Shown: positions 25,961 through 39,671 of the stretch, piece after piece
How the letters are laid out: the number at the start of each line of letters is the position of its first letter
How positions within the stretch are numbered: the first letter of the stretch is position 1
NCBI GenBank assembly: GCA_951406725.2
Contig: OX597816.1
Location: 59,458,001 to 59,522,000 of the forward strand
Source of the DNA: Octopus vulgaris
Taxonomy: Eukaryota
Direction: 5' to 3'
Length of the DNA stretch: 64,000 nucleotides
Position numbers and translations under genes: made by a program
The notes under the pieces: model-generated
What the model was told of the DNA's origin: nothing
Seen by the model: only the letters and a program-made list of their open reading frames with translations
Databases searched by the model: none

Positions 25961-26760
25961 GTCCGAGGTGCGTTAAAAAGTATCTGACTTCAATTTTTCC
26001 CGCAAAAACTAACGCTCCGAGAACAAAACCCTTTAGATGGGAGGTGACGCTACCCTTCCTGCGCATGCGTGAAAATTTTCGCGCCAGTAGACCGCGTCTG
26101 TTTCCGGCTATTACGCTTAGAGTACAGGCATGTAGTGCGCGCTCGTTGGATGTTCGTTTTAACCGAATGCATCGAGTAGAGAGACATTGCATCAAGTTTT
26201 GCGAAAAGTTAAGTAGTACTCAAAGCTCAAAGCATCCAGAAGACTCAGTCTTTGGCGATGATGTCATGGGCAAAACTCAGATCAACCGCTTCAAACATGG
26301 CCGCAGTTCAGTGGAGAGAGCCAGGCACACTCAGGCAGGCCATCCACAAACGGAAACGAGGAGCCGATTGAAAAGGTTTGGCGAATAGCCATGGAAGACA
26401 ATCGTATGACAATGCAGAAAATTGTTCACGAAGTGGGAAGAAGCATAAGATTACTGCATTCGATTTTAACGGGGGATCAGCGCATGCGGAGGGTGTCAAG
26501 GAAATTCGTGCCCCAAGGTGCTGGCAAGGAGAAGCAGAGGCAACTCCGCATGGAGGACTGTGGAAATCACTACTGGGACTTCATGAAGACTATCATCAAT
26601 GGAGGCACGAGTATATGGTCTCTGCTCGATGTGTTCGGTCATCTTGCGTGAAAACGAAAATCTGACGAGCGCGCACAACACACGTAACAGTCGGGAACTG
26701 ACGCGGCCTATCTGCACGAAAATGTGAAAACGGTCGGATACATTTTGAACGCATGTCGTA
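25961..26760 (+). mobile_element. Decayed mariner-like DNA transposon
   Basis: TIR-like ends cgaggtgcgttaaaaagtatctgac / gtcggatacattttgaacgcatgtcg(ta). Coding remnants ERHCIKFC.KL, RFKHGRSSVE and EDNRMT.QKI..EVG....LHSILT.D..MRRVS.KFVP. Confidence 0.8.
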
Positions 26761-26854
26761 TGTCAAATTTCCTGATATTACGGTGGCAAACGTATTCTTC
26801 CAAAGTTACTTGACATATCATAAGTAACACTATAGTGTTTGTATATATTGTGGT

Positions 26855-27232
26855 ACTCCGTCGGTTGCGACGACGAGGGTCCCAGTTAATCCGATCAACG
26901 GAACAGCTTACTCGTGAAATTAACGTGCAAGTGGCTGAGCACTCCACAGGCATGTGTACCATTAACGTAGTTCTCGGGGAGATTCAGAGTGACATAGAGT
27001 GTGACAAGGCTGGCCCTGTGAAATACAGGTACAACAGAAACATGAAGAAAGTGTGAGAGAAAGTTGTGGTGAAAGAGTACAGCAGGGTTCTCCACTGCCC
27101 CCTGCCTGGATCCTCGTGGTGCTTTAGGTATTTTTGCTCAATAAACACTCACAATGCCCAGTCTAGGAATCGAAACCGCGATCCTGCAACCGCGAGTCCA
27201 TTGCCCTAACCTTTTGGCCATTGCGCCTCCAC
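26855..27232 (-). mobile_element. tRNA(Arg)-like-headed SINE
   Basis: Head ggaggcgcaatggcc..aggttagggc.atggactcgcgg....ggatcgcggtttcgattcc has A/B boxes. Tail ends cgtcgcaaccgacggagtaccacaa. Confidence 0.7.
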
Positions 27233-27263
27233 ATGTGTGCATGTATGTATGTATGTATGTATG

Positions 27264-27318
<55 letters not shown>

Positions 27319-27333
27319 GTATATATATATGTA

Positions 27334-27468
<135 letters not shown>

Positions 27469-27859
27469 GTGTGTGTATGTGTAAATAACAAATGAAAGAC
27501 AGAAAAATGGAACATACGAGAATATATTATTAATCACAACAATTGTTTCGACACATCTAACGTTGACTCTTCTTGTGGGACACACAAATCTAGTATGTAT
27601 GTATGTATGTATGTATGTATGTATGTATGTATGTATGTATGTATGTATGTATGTATGTATGCATGTATGTATGTATGTATGTATGTATGTATGTATGGAT
27701 GGATGGATGAGTATGTTTATGTATGCCTATATGTATGTATGTGTGTATGTGCGTGTATATATTAAAGTATATAAGAAATGCAGAATCATTAGTGATTGCT
27801 TCTATTGTTGTTGTTGATGATGATGACAATGATGATGATGTTGTGATAAAGATCCTTAC

Positions 27860-27940
27860 CCATTGACTTCTCCAGTCACCCGTTACCACTGCAGGACCAA
27901 AATTTAATGCTGGGTTCATCAAACATCCTGATTTGTTGGC
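27860..27940 (-). CDS. Aquaporin (MIP family), internal 81-bp exon carrying loop E / second NPA box
   Basis: Structure is tctcttgcag| ANKSGCLMNPALNFGPAVVTGDWRSQW |gtaagg, with canonical AG/GT splice sites. An 81-nt exon ending at the HW/QW tryptophan is the same layout as in AQP1/AQP4-type genes. Confidence 0.93.
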
Positions 27941-28465
27941 CTGCAAGAGATAAAAAAAAAAAACCACGTGAGTAACAAACATGTCGATTTTAGCAGTGTG
28001 ACAAAACATCGAACGACATCAACAGTAAAAAAAAAAAACTAACATAGAAGCCTCTACGTGTTTGCACTCGACCTGCTAGAAATACCAACAAAATTTCAGT
28101 GAAATCACACACTCTACTGTCTTTTGAAAGAAATAGCACCATAGAGTTGGGGATGGACAAAAAGAAAGGATGGCCACGACTGAAGCACTTTTGATCATAG
28201 ATCTGCTCAACAGGTTTGACCAAGGGTTAAACAACAGCAATATTAAAGGTGACATTTAGGCTTAAGACATGCTACAGAGTGCTTGTGAATTAACTGGTAT
28301 GAGCGGAGCATTCGTTTTTTGCTGGCAGAAATAGGTTCAAGCACGGTAAAGAGAAGGTGAGAGGCAATGAGAGGAGTGGAAGGGGGAGGGATGTTAGACC
28401 ACCAAAGAAATGTTGCAGTTCTCTGGATGAAGGCAGTCGTGTGTCTATAAAGACTATAAGACTAT

Positions 28466-28695
28466 AAGGCGGTGAGCTGGCAGAAACGTTAGCACGCCGG
28501 GCGAAATGCTTAGCGGTATTTTGTCTGCCGTTACGTTCTGAGTTCAAATTCCGCCGAGGTCGACTTTGCCTTTCATCCTTTCGGGGTCGATAAATTAAGT
28601 ACCAATTACGCACTGGGGTCGATGTAATCGACTTCATCCGTCTGTCTGCCCTTGTTTGTCCCCTCTATGTTTAGCCCCTTGTGGGCAATAAAGAC
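28466..28695 (+). mobile_element. SINE family B, full-length copy with probable target-site duplication
   Basis: Intact head, body and tail. The sequence tataaagactataag is present on both flanks (~28446 and ~28699). Confidence 0.88.
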
Positions 28696-28797
28696 GTATA
28701 TAAAGACTATAAGAATACAGTTTAGAGATGGTGTGTTAACTATACACAGAAGTATTTATGAAGATCTAAACATGTGCAAAATTTGTGCGAAGTTAGC

Positions 28798-28865
28798 TGC
28801 ACGATGGCCGAGTGGTTAAGGCGTTGGACTTAAGTTCCACGTGAGTTCGAGTCACATTCGTGCTA
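28798..28865 (+). pseudogene. tRNA-Leu(TAA) pseudogene lacking the variable arm
   Basis: Sequence is gcacga tggccgagtggttaaggc g ttgga ct TAA gt tcca c gtgag ttcgagt cacat tcgtgc ta. The D arm and anticodon arm are typical of Leu-TAA and the acceptor stem is gcacga/tcgtgc. The variable arm is missing and the T-stem is mismatched. Confidence 0.8.
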
Positions 28866-29182
28866 GTTTCATTTTATAGGCGCAGGAGCGGCTGGGTGGT
28901 AAGTAGCTTGCTTACCAACCACTTGGTTCCGAGTTCAGTCCCACTGCGTGGCACCTTGTGCAAGTGTCTTCTACTATAGCTTCGGGCCGACCAAAGCCTC
29001 GTAAGTGAATTTGGTAGATGGAAACTGAAAGAAGCCTGCCGTATATATATGCAATAATAAATCTCTGAGCGAGGTATAAACAGTAGCTGCACGACATCGT
29101 GAAGTATATTTGCCACTTGTCTTCCTGGGGCTACAAGCTACAGTAGCATCCAACCTTAAGTGTTAGCCACATTTAAGTGGCA

Positions 29183-29275
<93 letters not shown>

Positions 29276-29757
29276 ATATTTACGTGTGTGTCTCTTTGCT
29301 CCTCAACATCACTTGACAACCGATGTTGGTGTGTTTACGTCCCTGTAAATTAGCAGTTTGGTGGTGGTGTTAGCATTAGTGGTAATGATGATGATGATAA
29401 TGATGATGGCGACGAGGATGACGACGAAGATGATGGTGTCGGCGGTGATGATGATGATGATGATGATGATGACGACGACGAAGACAATGATGATGATGTT
29501 GGTAGCGGTGGTGGCGGTGATGGCGACATCGGCCGTATATATCCAAAGAATTGGTAAAAGATCAAAAGATCTATATATGAAATTTGACTATCCTATGTAC
29601 AAGACATGAGCCCTGTTATGCCTACCTCTATAGAGACACAGCCCCGCCTGTCTTTATGATTATATCTTGTTTCTTCTTTGATCTTTATTGAAAATGTACT
29701 TTTATAATTATAATGATGATAATAATAATAACAATAATAATAATAATAATAATAGTA

Positions 29758-29856
<99 letters not shown>

Positions 29857-29966
29857 GTAATAATAATGATGATGATGATTTCATTTATTTGCCACGAGGA
29901 TGGAAGGAGAACAATACAGAGATAGACGTAAAGTGTGGGGGGTTTACATATAATAATGAAATGATA

Positions 29967-30057
<91 letters not shown>

Positions 30058-30323
30058 TTCGTTCATCATCCTAAAACAAACATTATTCAGGGATCTTTTG
30101 AGCGGGATGGGTTACTCGACCAGAAGAAAATTGTAACTGGGCCCCCCACCTGCAATGTCATGTGCTGTTTATGTTGATATGAGATCACCATGTCGCGCGC
30201 ACATGGGGTTGTGATGCATGTTCCTAGTGTACTCTTATCAGACGGGTAGTCATGATGGGTATATTGGGCTTTGTATATTTGTGCCCCAGTGTCCCTTTGA
30301 TGACATGCGCTGCTCTGTTACTC

Positions 30324-30380
<57 letters not shown>

Positions 30381-30400
30381 AAGGGGAAGAAGAAGAAGAA

Positions 30401-30442
<42 letters not shown>

Positions 30443-31476
30443 AATGACGACGACGACGACGAGGAGAGGATGGCAATTTCCTTTTATATTAATAACAATA
30501 GAAATATTAACAGCAAAAATAAGAATTAAAAGTAATCTTTTTTTGTATTTGTCACCAGAAAGCCATTCATTCATACAAAACGTGAGTTACAAAGGGATTA
30601 TAGAAGGCGTAGTGATGTACACACATAGTTATTATATAAAACGAGATGTGGAGCTAAAAATGTTACATGTTATGTATGAAGACACCAAGAGTCTACGTCG
30701 AAGTACAAAAAGTAGATGAATGAATACAATAAAAATAAACATAAATGAAATAAGGACAACCCACCCACGCACGGTTTAGAAGCTGACATCTGTATCGGAT
30801 CAGAAGCTTCCCATGCCACCAGCCGCCTGATAATTGAATCTAGAACACACTTATAGGAGGTGTGAGCATTGTATGCAGTGCACAAATTTAGAAGTAACCC
30901 ACGTCTTCTGAACAGGTGTGTTTTATCTATATCAGGGATTCTCAATCATTTTTACCTATGAACCCTATTAATTTCCGTTTTATTCTGCTGGATTCTAATA
31001 AATATTCCCTGCTTAAGAAATAAAATCCCATTATATTTTGATGATTAAGTATTATTCGGAATTGTATAAAAAAAATTGTTAAAGTATTTGATGTGCTGTA
31101 GGAGAATAACCAGTTTATTGCACATAAACTAAAAAACAAAATCCTATGTGCACCCGCAAGGGCCATGTGGGCCCGTTTGAGAAGCACTGTTTTAGACGAT
31201 GATAAACAATCGGTATGGGATCCATCTGGATGAGCGAAGTGCTTTCCGAAAAAGAAATCGTCCAACTAGATCACACATTACAAATATAATCAGTGAGTGG
31301 AACAGTAAAAATGTGCAAGACTTTTCTCAAGTTTAAAATGTGACATTGTTTTCATTAGCTACATTCCAGTGATGATGGAGATTTTGTATCTTTGTTAGAA
31401 ACCAGATTTCAAGTAATTAAAAATAGAAGAGAACATGCACACATACGTATGTACACATAAATATATATACATATAC

Positions 31477-31530
<54 letters not shown>

Positions 31531-31609
31531 AATATTAGGGAATAAATCCAACTTTACAGGGAAAAAAATCAGATTTAGGATTAAATCCAATTTTATAGTA
31601 AAATATTAT

Positions 31610-31925
31610 AAAATATTATTAGAGACAAAACCACTATTTTGCAAAACAAACAAGGAAAGACTTAATCAATACATAAAATTTTAATAAATAGTCAAAAAAC
31701 CGCCACTACAATTTTTCTTGTCTTGATCGACAATTTTCAGGTGGACTTCAATAAGTCAGTTTCAAATTATGATTTGAAACTGACTTATTGAAGTCCACCT
31801 GAAGATTGTCGATCAAGACAAGAAACGATTGTAGTGGCGGTTTTTTTTGACTATTTATTAAAATTTTATGTATTGATTAAGTCTTTCCTTGTTTGTTTTG
31901 CAAAATAGTGGTTTTGTCTCTAATA

Positions 31926-31933
<8 letters not shown>
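31610..31933. repeat. Palindrome with ~160-bp arms and a 4-nt loop, from a hammerhead-bearing pLTR-like repeat, between (TA)n tracts
   Basis: The centre is ttcaaat-tatg-atttgaa at ~31768-31771. The arms match out to aaatattattagagacaaaacc / ggttttgtctctaataatattt. Confidence 0.92.
31795..31837 (+). ncRNA. Minimal type I hammerhead ribozyme candidate
   Basis: Layout is CCAC CUGAAGA UUGUC-gaucaa-GACAA GAAAC-gauu-GUA GUGG. The mirror copy on the other arm has a mutated core (CUGAAAA, GAAAA). Confidence 0.72.
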
Positions 31934-31968
<35 letters not shown>

Positions 31969-31987
31969 TGCATAATATATATAATAT

Positions 31988-32045
<58 letters not shown>

Positions 32046-32089
32046 GTGGTGGGGGAGACGAAGGGGGTATGTCTGTAGTCTAGAGGCTG

Positions 32090-32250
32090 CAGTGTGTTGG
32101 TGTGTGAATATTTGCCAATCAGACACAACAAACATCTCAAGAGTATCAGGTGAAATACCAACCTTCTTCAAATAGTCTGGAAATAGCACAAAAAAATTTC
32201 TATAGGAAGCAGACATCAATTGGACGACATGGAACGGCTGATTCCTTTGT
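32090..32250 (-). mobile_element. RTE-like LINE 3' remnant
   Basis: DYLKKVGISPDTLEMFVVSD..W resembles the RTE C-terminal K..LK..GI....WE..A.DR..W motif. Confidence 0.5.
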
Positions 32251-32480
32251 TATCAAAGACTAACAACACTCCCTTTCTTACTTTCACTTCATATCCCCTC
32301 CTCTCTCTCTCTCTCTCTCCTCTTTCCATATATGCAAAATACAGAATACACATTAGGAGCAGGCGTGGTTGTGTGGTAAGAAGCTTGCTTACCAACCACA
32401 TCGCTCCGGGTTCAGTCCCACCTTCGGCAAAGCCTTGTGAATGGATTCGGTAGACGGAAACTGAAAGAAGCCCGCCGTAT

Positions 32481-32537
<57 letters not shown>

Positions 32538-33081
32538 CACGCGCGCGCGCATTTGTGTCTGTGTGTGCCTTTGTGTCTGTGTGTACCTATGTGTCTGTGT
32601 TTGTCCTCCACCATCGCTTGACAACCGATGTTCCTAAAACTTAGTGGTTCGGCAAAAGAGACCGATAGAATAAGTACGAGGCTTACAAAGAATAAGTCCT
32701 GGAAGGGGAGCGATTTCTTCGACTAAAGGCGGTGCTCCAGCATGGCTGCAGTCAAATGACTGAAGCAAGCAAAAGAATACATAAATATATATAATATATA
32801 AGGCGGCGAGTTGACAGAATCGCTAGCATGCCGGACAAAATGCTTAGCGGCATTCCGTCCGTCTTTATGTCCTGAGGTCGTCTTTGCCTTTCATCCTTTC
32901 GGGGTCGATAAATTAAGTACCAATTGGGATCGCTTATCGACTTAACCCCTTCCCTGAAATTGCTGGGCTTGTGCCAAAATTTGTAACTAATATATGTACA
33001 ATATATATAAATACCTGCATCTCCACCTGACACTCAAAGCCATCTCGACTCTTCCCTGCAAGAATTGGTCTACAGCCCGTC

Positions 33082-33138
<57 letters not shown>

Positions 33139-33487
33139 TATATGTGTGTGTATGTGTGTGTGTATGTCTGTGTGTCTGTCTTTGCCTCCCCGCCAACATC
33201 GCTTGACAACGGATGCTGGTGTGTTTACGTCCCCGTAACTTAGCGGTTCGGCAAAAGATAGAATAAGTACTAGGCTTACGAAGAATAAGTCCTGGGTTCG
33301 ATTTGCTCGATTAAAGGTGGTGCGTCAGCATGGCCACAGTCAAATGACTGAAACAAGTAAAAGAGTAAAAGAGGATACAAGATGAAGCCGACGACGACGT
33401 ATGACATATATACTGCCAAACCGCTAAATTACGTGACGTAAACAAACCAACACCGGTTGTCAAGTAGTGGTGGTAACAAACACAGAT

Positions 33488-33540
<53 letters not shown>

Positions 33541-34088
33541 TACACACACACACATACACACATATACATTCTTTTATTCTTTTATTTGTTTCAGTCGTTT
33601 GACTGCGGTCATACTGGATCACCAGCTTTTCATTGAAGAAATCGACCGCTGGACTTATTCGTTGTAAGCCAGGTACTTATTCTATCGGTCTCTTTTGCCG
33701 AACCGCTAACTCACGGGGACGTAAACACACTAATATCGGTTGTCAAACGATGGTAGAGGAACAAACATAGACACAAAGACAGACGCATAAATATATATCA
33801 TATATCTATGTACATATATGCGACGGGCTTCTTTCACTTTCCATCTACCAAATCCACTCACAAGGCTTTGGTCGGCCTGAGGCTATAGTAGAAGACACTT
33901 GCCCAAGGTACCATGCAGTGGGACTGAACTCGCAACCATGTGGTTAGGAAGCAGGTTTCAAACCATACAGATACTCCTACGCGTATATATATATACACAC
34001 ATGTATGTATATGCATATTTATAGGATACACACTCACACAAGGATATGCATTCACATATATGTACACGTACTGACAGATATATATATA

Positions 34089-34141
<53 letters not shown>

Positions 34142-34193
34142 ATAAGGACACCCGGTACATACATACATACACACACACATATATACATACATA

Positions 34194-34377
<184 letters not shown>

Positions 34378-34417
34378 TGTGTATATGTATGTACGTATAT
34401 ATGTATGAATGTATGTA

Positions 34418-35223
34418 CAGGGTGACCTTAAAAATGTATACACACTTGAACGACAGATAATTCAGTTAATTTCTATCTCTAGATTAAACTTCTTGGAAAT
34501 AATGAAGAAACGAAGTTTTGAGCAAAGGAAATTTATACAAAAATACTTCTGGAACATTGATAACGCGGTCGAAGCCCAATGAGTTGTGGAAGAAGTTTCA
34601 AACAGATCCATCAATGCGATTACCATCACTCAGATGGTAAAGTTCGGGATGTTCGCAAGAAAAAGATGAGTTGGTCCATTTTACTTTTGACAATACTGTG
34701 ACTGGTCTCATTTGCTTGAATTTGCTGCGATAATCTATTATGCCAAGCATTGAAGAAGATTTTGAGGATGTGGAGTTCCGTATCCAGCAAGATGTATCAC
34801 CCCTAAGTAATTGTAAGGCTTCCCTTAAGATTTTGCTAAAAAGCTGGATTGGACGAAGAGGTCCAGTTGAATACTGTTCACGTTCACTGAAACTCCCACC
34901 ACTAGACATTTTTTTTTTTTTGTATGGAGATACTTAAGATAAAGTTTACGGTACAAAATAGGCAATAGTCGATGAAATGAGGGCATTTATTGAACGAGAA
35001 TGCGTCCAGATACCGAACGAAATGTTTTGATGTTAGCAATTCCGTTGCCTCACGACATCAGCAGTGTCTGGAGAAGAACTGTGTTCAGTTTTAAAACAGG
35101 TATTCTTTAAAAAAAAAAAAAACTGAAATTCTGTGAGTAGATTTAATTAAATTCTGAAAATAAAATGTGTCTTAATAAACATTGAATTTGTAATGCGTGC
35201 ATACAATTTTTGGCGACACCCTG
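34418..35223 (+). mobile_element. Decayed Tc1/mariner-superfamily transposon
   Basis: Ends are ta-cagggtg...caccctg-ta. Coding remnant F.IQQD..P...WIGRRGPVE....S..L.PLD.F.YG.LKDKVY. Confidence 0.8.
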
Positions 35224-35757
35224 TATATATTTATATATCACACATTTATTTACACACATGCACGCACACGCAGTCACTTTCGTTTCAATTCCACATGACC
35301 TCTAAAAGTAATTCCATTGTTTAGAGGTTATTATTAGTTTATATACATTCTCTGAGAAAAGCGGGATGGGGGTGGAGGGCTGCGAGGTGGTGGCGAGTGA
35401 AATGCCATAAAACCACATAAATATCATAAGTCAGCTTTCCTCCTCCCGCTACCCTGAACTTTCAATCCATCCCCTTCTTACTCACCCCCCCTCTCTCTCT
35501 CTCTCTCTCTGACTGTCTGTCTGTCTCTCTTTCTCTCTCTTTCACTCCTCACGCACCTTGTTAATGCTTTTCTTCCAGTAATCCAAGAAAAGACGTTCAT
35601 AAGGTTGTTGTTGGTGGTGTTGTATTTCTTACGTAAATAACAATGATTTGTCGGTGTAAGGTGGCACTGGAGCGGTGTAGCACTCACCTTAAACCATCTC
35701 CTCTTTACATCCTTCAGACATAGTTTATCTTGGACTACATTATTCAGTGTATCCTTC

Positions 35758-35840
<83 letters not shown>

Positions 35841-36289
35841 GTTTTAAAGTAGATAGGGTGGAGTATGAGGAAGATATTTATTAAATTGCTTCTTACATAA
35901 ACACATGCATACGTTCATACTTTATTACATTCATTGTAACATATAGATATACATATATACATGCATACATACATACATACGTACATACATACATGCATAC
36001 AAACATACATACATAATACATACATGCATGCTTGCATACATGCATGCTTGCATACATGCATGCTTGCATACAAGCATTCATCCATACATATATGCATGCA
36101 TGCATGCATGCATACATACATGCATGCATGCATACATACATGCATGCATACATACATGCATACATACATACATGCATGCATGCATACATCCATACATACA
36201 TACACACATACACACACAAACATGCATGGATGCATACATACATGCGAGTTTATTCATGCGATGGGTTAGAAGAATATTAGCGTAACTTA

Positions 36290-36660
36290 AATATTGAAGC
36301 AGACACCAAGTTTAAACATAACCAGATATTGTAGTGTTGGACCACAAAAAAAAAAAAAAACTGTTCTGAAGATCAGCTGCCCTCTGGACCCCAGTATGTT
36401 TAGAAAAATCCTGGAGAAAAAACGACATCTATGGGCCATTGATAAGGAATTTTCAAAACCAGTGCCCAAGATATACTGTCAATTCGTTACCTATTATCAC
36501 TGGAGGAAAGTATGGCTAAACTTGGGTTCAGAGGTGGAGAATGCAAATCCTTAATTCATACGCAACAAATATTCAAGATATCTGGGACAAAACAATCTGT
36601 GGGACCTTTTTATGATTCAAAGTATGGCGGTTAAAACAAGATACTATCTGTCACAACCTT
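36290..36660 (+). mobile_element. RLE-type LINE 3' remnant
   Basis: A frameshifted KHN.PDIVVLD...ISCPLD...EK.DIYGPLIRN.Q...P.Y....LPII.G motif. Confidence 0.65.
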
Positions 36661-38621
36661 GCTACAAAAGTAGGTGGCCGGTCAAAATTAACTCTAAATG
36701 AAAAAGAGAAAAGAAAAAAAAAACACATACATCAAATTAGCATTTCATTATTATTAGCCTTGTCCCGGCGAGGAGTTATAAAGCACAGGTCAGTAAATAA
36801 TAGACACCTTCCGCATGAAAAACAATATGTAAAGTAGTAAATGCAGAGATAATAAAAAGTTAATTAGAAAAAAATAATGTGTGGCGATGAATAAATTGCG
36901 TTCGTCAATAATTAACTTATATTGTTTTATTTATTCTAATAAGAACGAGAGACAAACTTCAAACATGTTTGAGCATTATTCTGACCTCATCAGTGGAAGA
37001 GACCCTTCACTATTTCCTGGAATGATAAAGACGGGGTGTCTACATAAAAGTTATTGCTATAGTAACAATACAAGGTCACGGTGTCGATATATTTTTTAAC
37101 CAACCACTAAACTCAGTTCACGCACAGGCACATATACACACATAATAATTACATGCTTCTGACGATTTACGAAATTTGTATTATGTAACAAATAGTCAAC
37201 TTATGTTAATGAAACATACGTAAGATAGTATAAACAAATATCTTATGAGCAATCTCTCATGTTTTATTTTCTTTCAGCGGTATCTGTGTGGTAAGAAGTT
37301 TGCTTCCCTGTCACATGGCTCAGGGTTAATGCCACAGCGTGCCACCTTGGGCAAGTGTCTTCTAATATAGCCCCATGCCGACCAAAGCCTTGTGAGTGAA
37401 TTTGGTAGATGGAGACTGAAAGAAACTTGCCAAGCGCGCGCACAAGTGTGTGCGTGTGTGTGTATGTATGTGTATATACACACATACATAATGCATACAT
37501 ACATACATACATACATACATACATACATGTATGTATGTATGTATGTATGTATGTATGTATGTATTCAACAATAAATTAAAAAGCAGCGCTGTGCGATTTT
37601 TAATTCGTTATTGAATTTAATCTTACGTGCGCACCGCCGTGGCTTACCAGCAAATAGTTTTTTTCTTTTGTTATTAATATATAATCATAGACTGGCGATT
37701 TGATTCGTCCCCGGTTCGATTCAGGTACGTGATTTTGATAAGCCACAAACATGGCGAAATATTGGTATCCATCATTTCTGAATTGGATCGGAGGCAGGTT
37801 GTCTCGCCTGTCTATGACTTTCAGATATCTAAACACTCAGCGCAATGAGGAAGTCGTCCTGCAAGCACTATTCGACAGCCAACAGGCGAACAAACAAAAT
37901 ATATTCATTGAGTATGTGCAGTCGACAAGATATATATACATCGTTGCTATTATGCAAAAGTGTCGTTAGTCCAAAACGTTGCTTTTTCAGAATACGAAAA
38001 AATAGTTTCACAATTCCAAAGCAAAACCGTTGTAATACACTTCGACAATTTTTGATATCTTGGCATCTGAAGCAGCTGGAGATACGATCGCAAGCAAAAA
38101 TAAATATTGGAAAAAATGGATTTGGCCAAATTTGGACATTCAACAGTTTAACATAATAGTAACGATATATATATATATATACGTGGGTGTGTGGGTGTGT
38201 TTGTATTTGTTCCACGCCACTGCTTGACAACCGGTGTTGGTTTGTTACGTCTCCGTAACTTAGAAGTCTAGAGACCGATAGAATAAGTATTAGGTTTAAA
38301 CAAAATGTACTTTAAGGCGGTGCCCCAACATGGCGACGACGCTGTAAGTAACAGCCTATATATTGAGCTGCCAAACAAAGAAAGTCAGAAAATATAAAAG
38401 AAAGGCACACTGAACGACTGGCCCTGAAAGATCTGTGCCTCTTAACCACCCTTCGAGCCCCACCATCGTCCCTCCCACCCTCCCGATTGTCAGCTCCTCT
38501 CGTTTGTTTGAAACTTTTGCAGGGAAAATCTAAGATGTGAGCGACAGACAAATTGTAACAATAGAACCAATCAATGGGAGCAAATGATGATGATAACAAC
38601 AACAAGAAAAACAGCGACAAG

Positions 38622-38694
<73 letters not shown>

Positions 38695-38840
38695 AGAAAA
38701 AAAACTGCAACAACAGCAACAGTTCCATAGAAATTAGTCTCAATAGAAAAATTATTTACTGCACAATAAAGCAGCTGGCTTCATTACATGCAAGATTAAT
38801 TAAGTTCGAAACACTAATTTTAATTATTTATATACATGCG

Positions 38841-38953
<113 letters not shown>

Positions 38954-39671
38954 CACCTACTCACATATATAACAAGATTGTGTACAAAGCGAAAAAGAAG
39001 CTAATACAAAAAATAACAAAAAAACAAAGGGTAAAGAGACATTCTATGAAACTTCTTCCAACCCTCCCGCCGCCACTGCCACCACCACCACCGCCACCTC
39101 ACCCGACCTTTTTTTTTACAAAAGAAACCCCACATAGGATGTCAAACTTCTTTTTAATGAAACAAAACAAAAACCCAATTACTTTATCGAAGACATTTAA
39201 ACGTGAAAGAAAAGTTTAAATAATCGATATGCGTTTCCCTTCAATTTACCTCTCAGAGTCTCTCTTACCTCCATTTTTACCTGTTTTGCTGTGGGATGGG
39301 GTATGACGGAGAGGAGGTGTTAAGTGTTGCTTAGTTTTTCAGTGCAATAAAGAAGAACACTTGAATAATAACCTGTAGAGTTCGTAAAATGTTGGATTCT
39401 TGTCTTATTGCTGATCTTAACAACATGCAAGGCCAGCGCTAAAGTTTCGTTGAGTCGGTTTGATTGAAATCACTAGACGAGTGATTGAACGAAACCCATG
39501 GTATGCGATTGACAACTTAGCTTACTTTACACGTACACACATACCTAAATATATATATTATTGCCTGTGTGTTAAAGTGTGTATGTAAATGTCTGTGTAC
39601 AGAGAAAGAGAGAGGGGACAGAATGGGGGGAGCAACAGAGAGAGAGAAAGAATGACAGAGTGAGAGAGAGA

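Noticed and set aside
37600-38160. Several overlapping 70-120 aa ORFs in non-repetitive sequence
   Set aside because: They have no recognisable motifs or consistent splice signals and are probably old decayed repeat or intron sequence.
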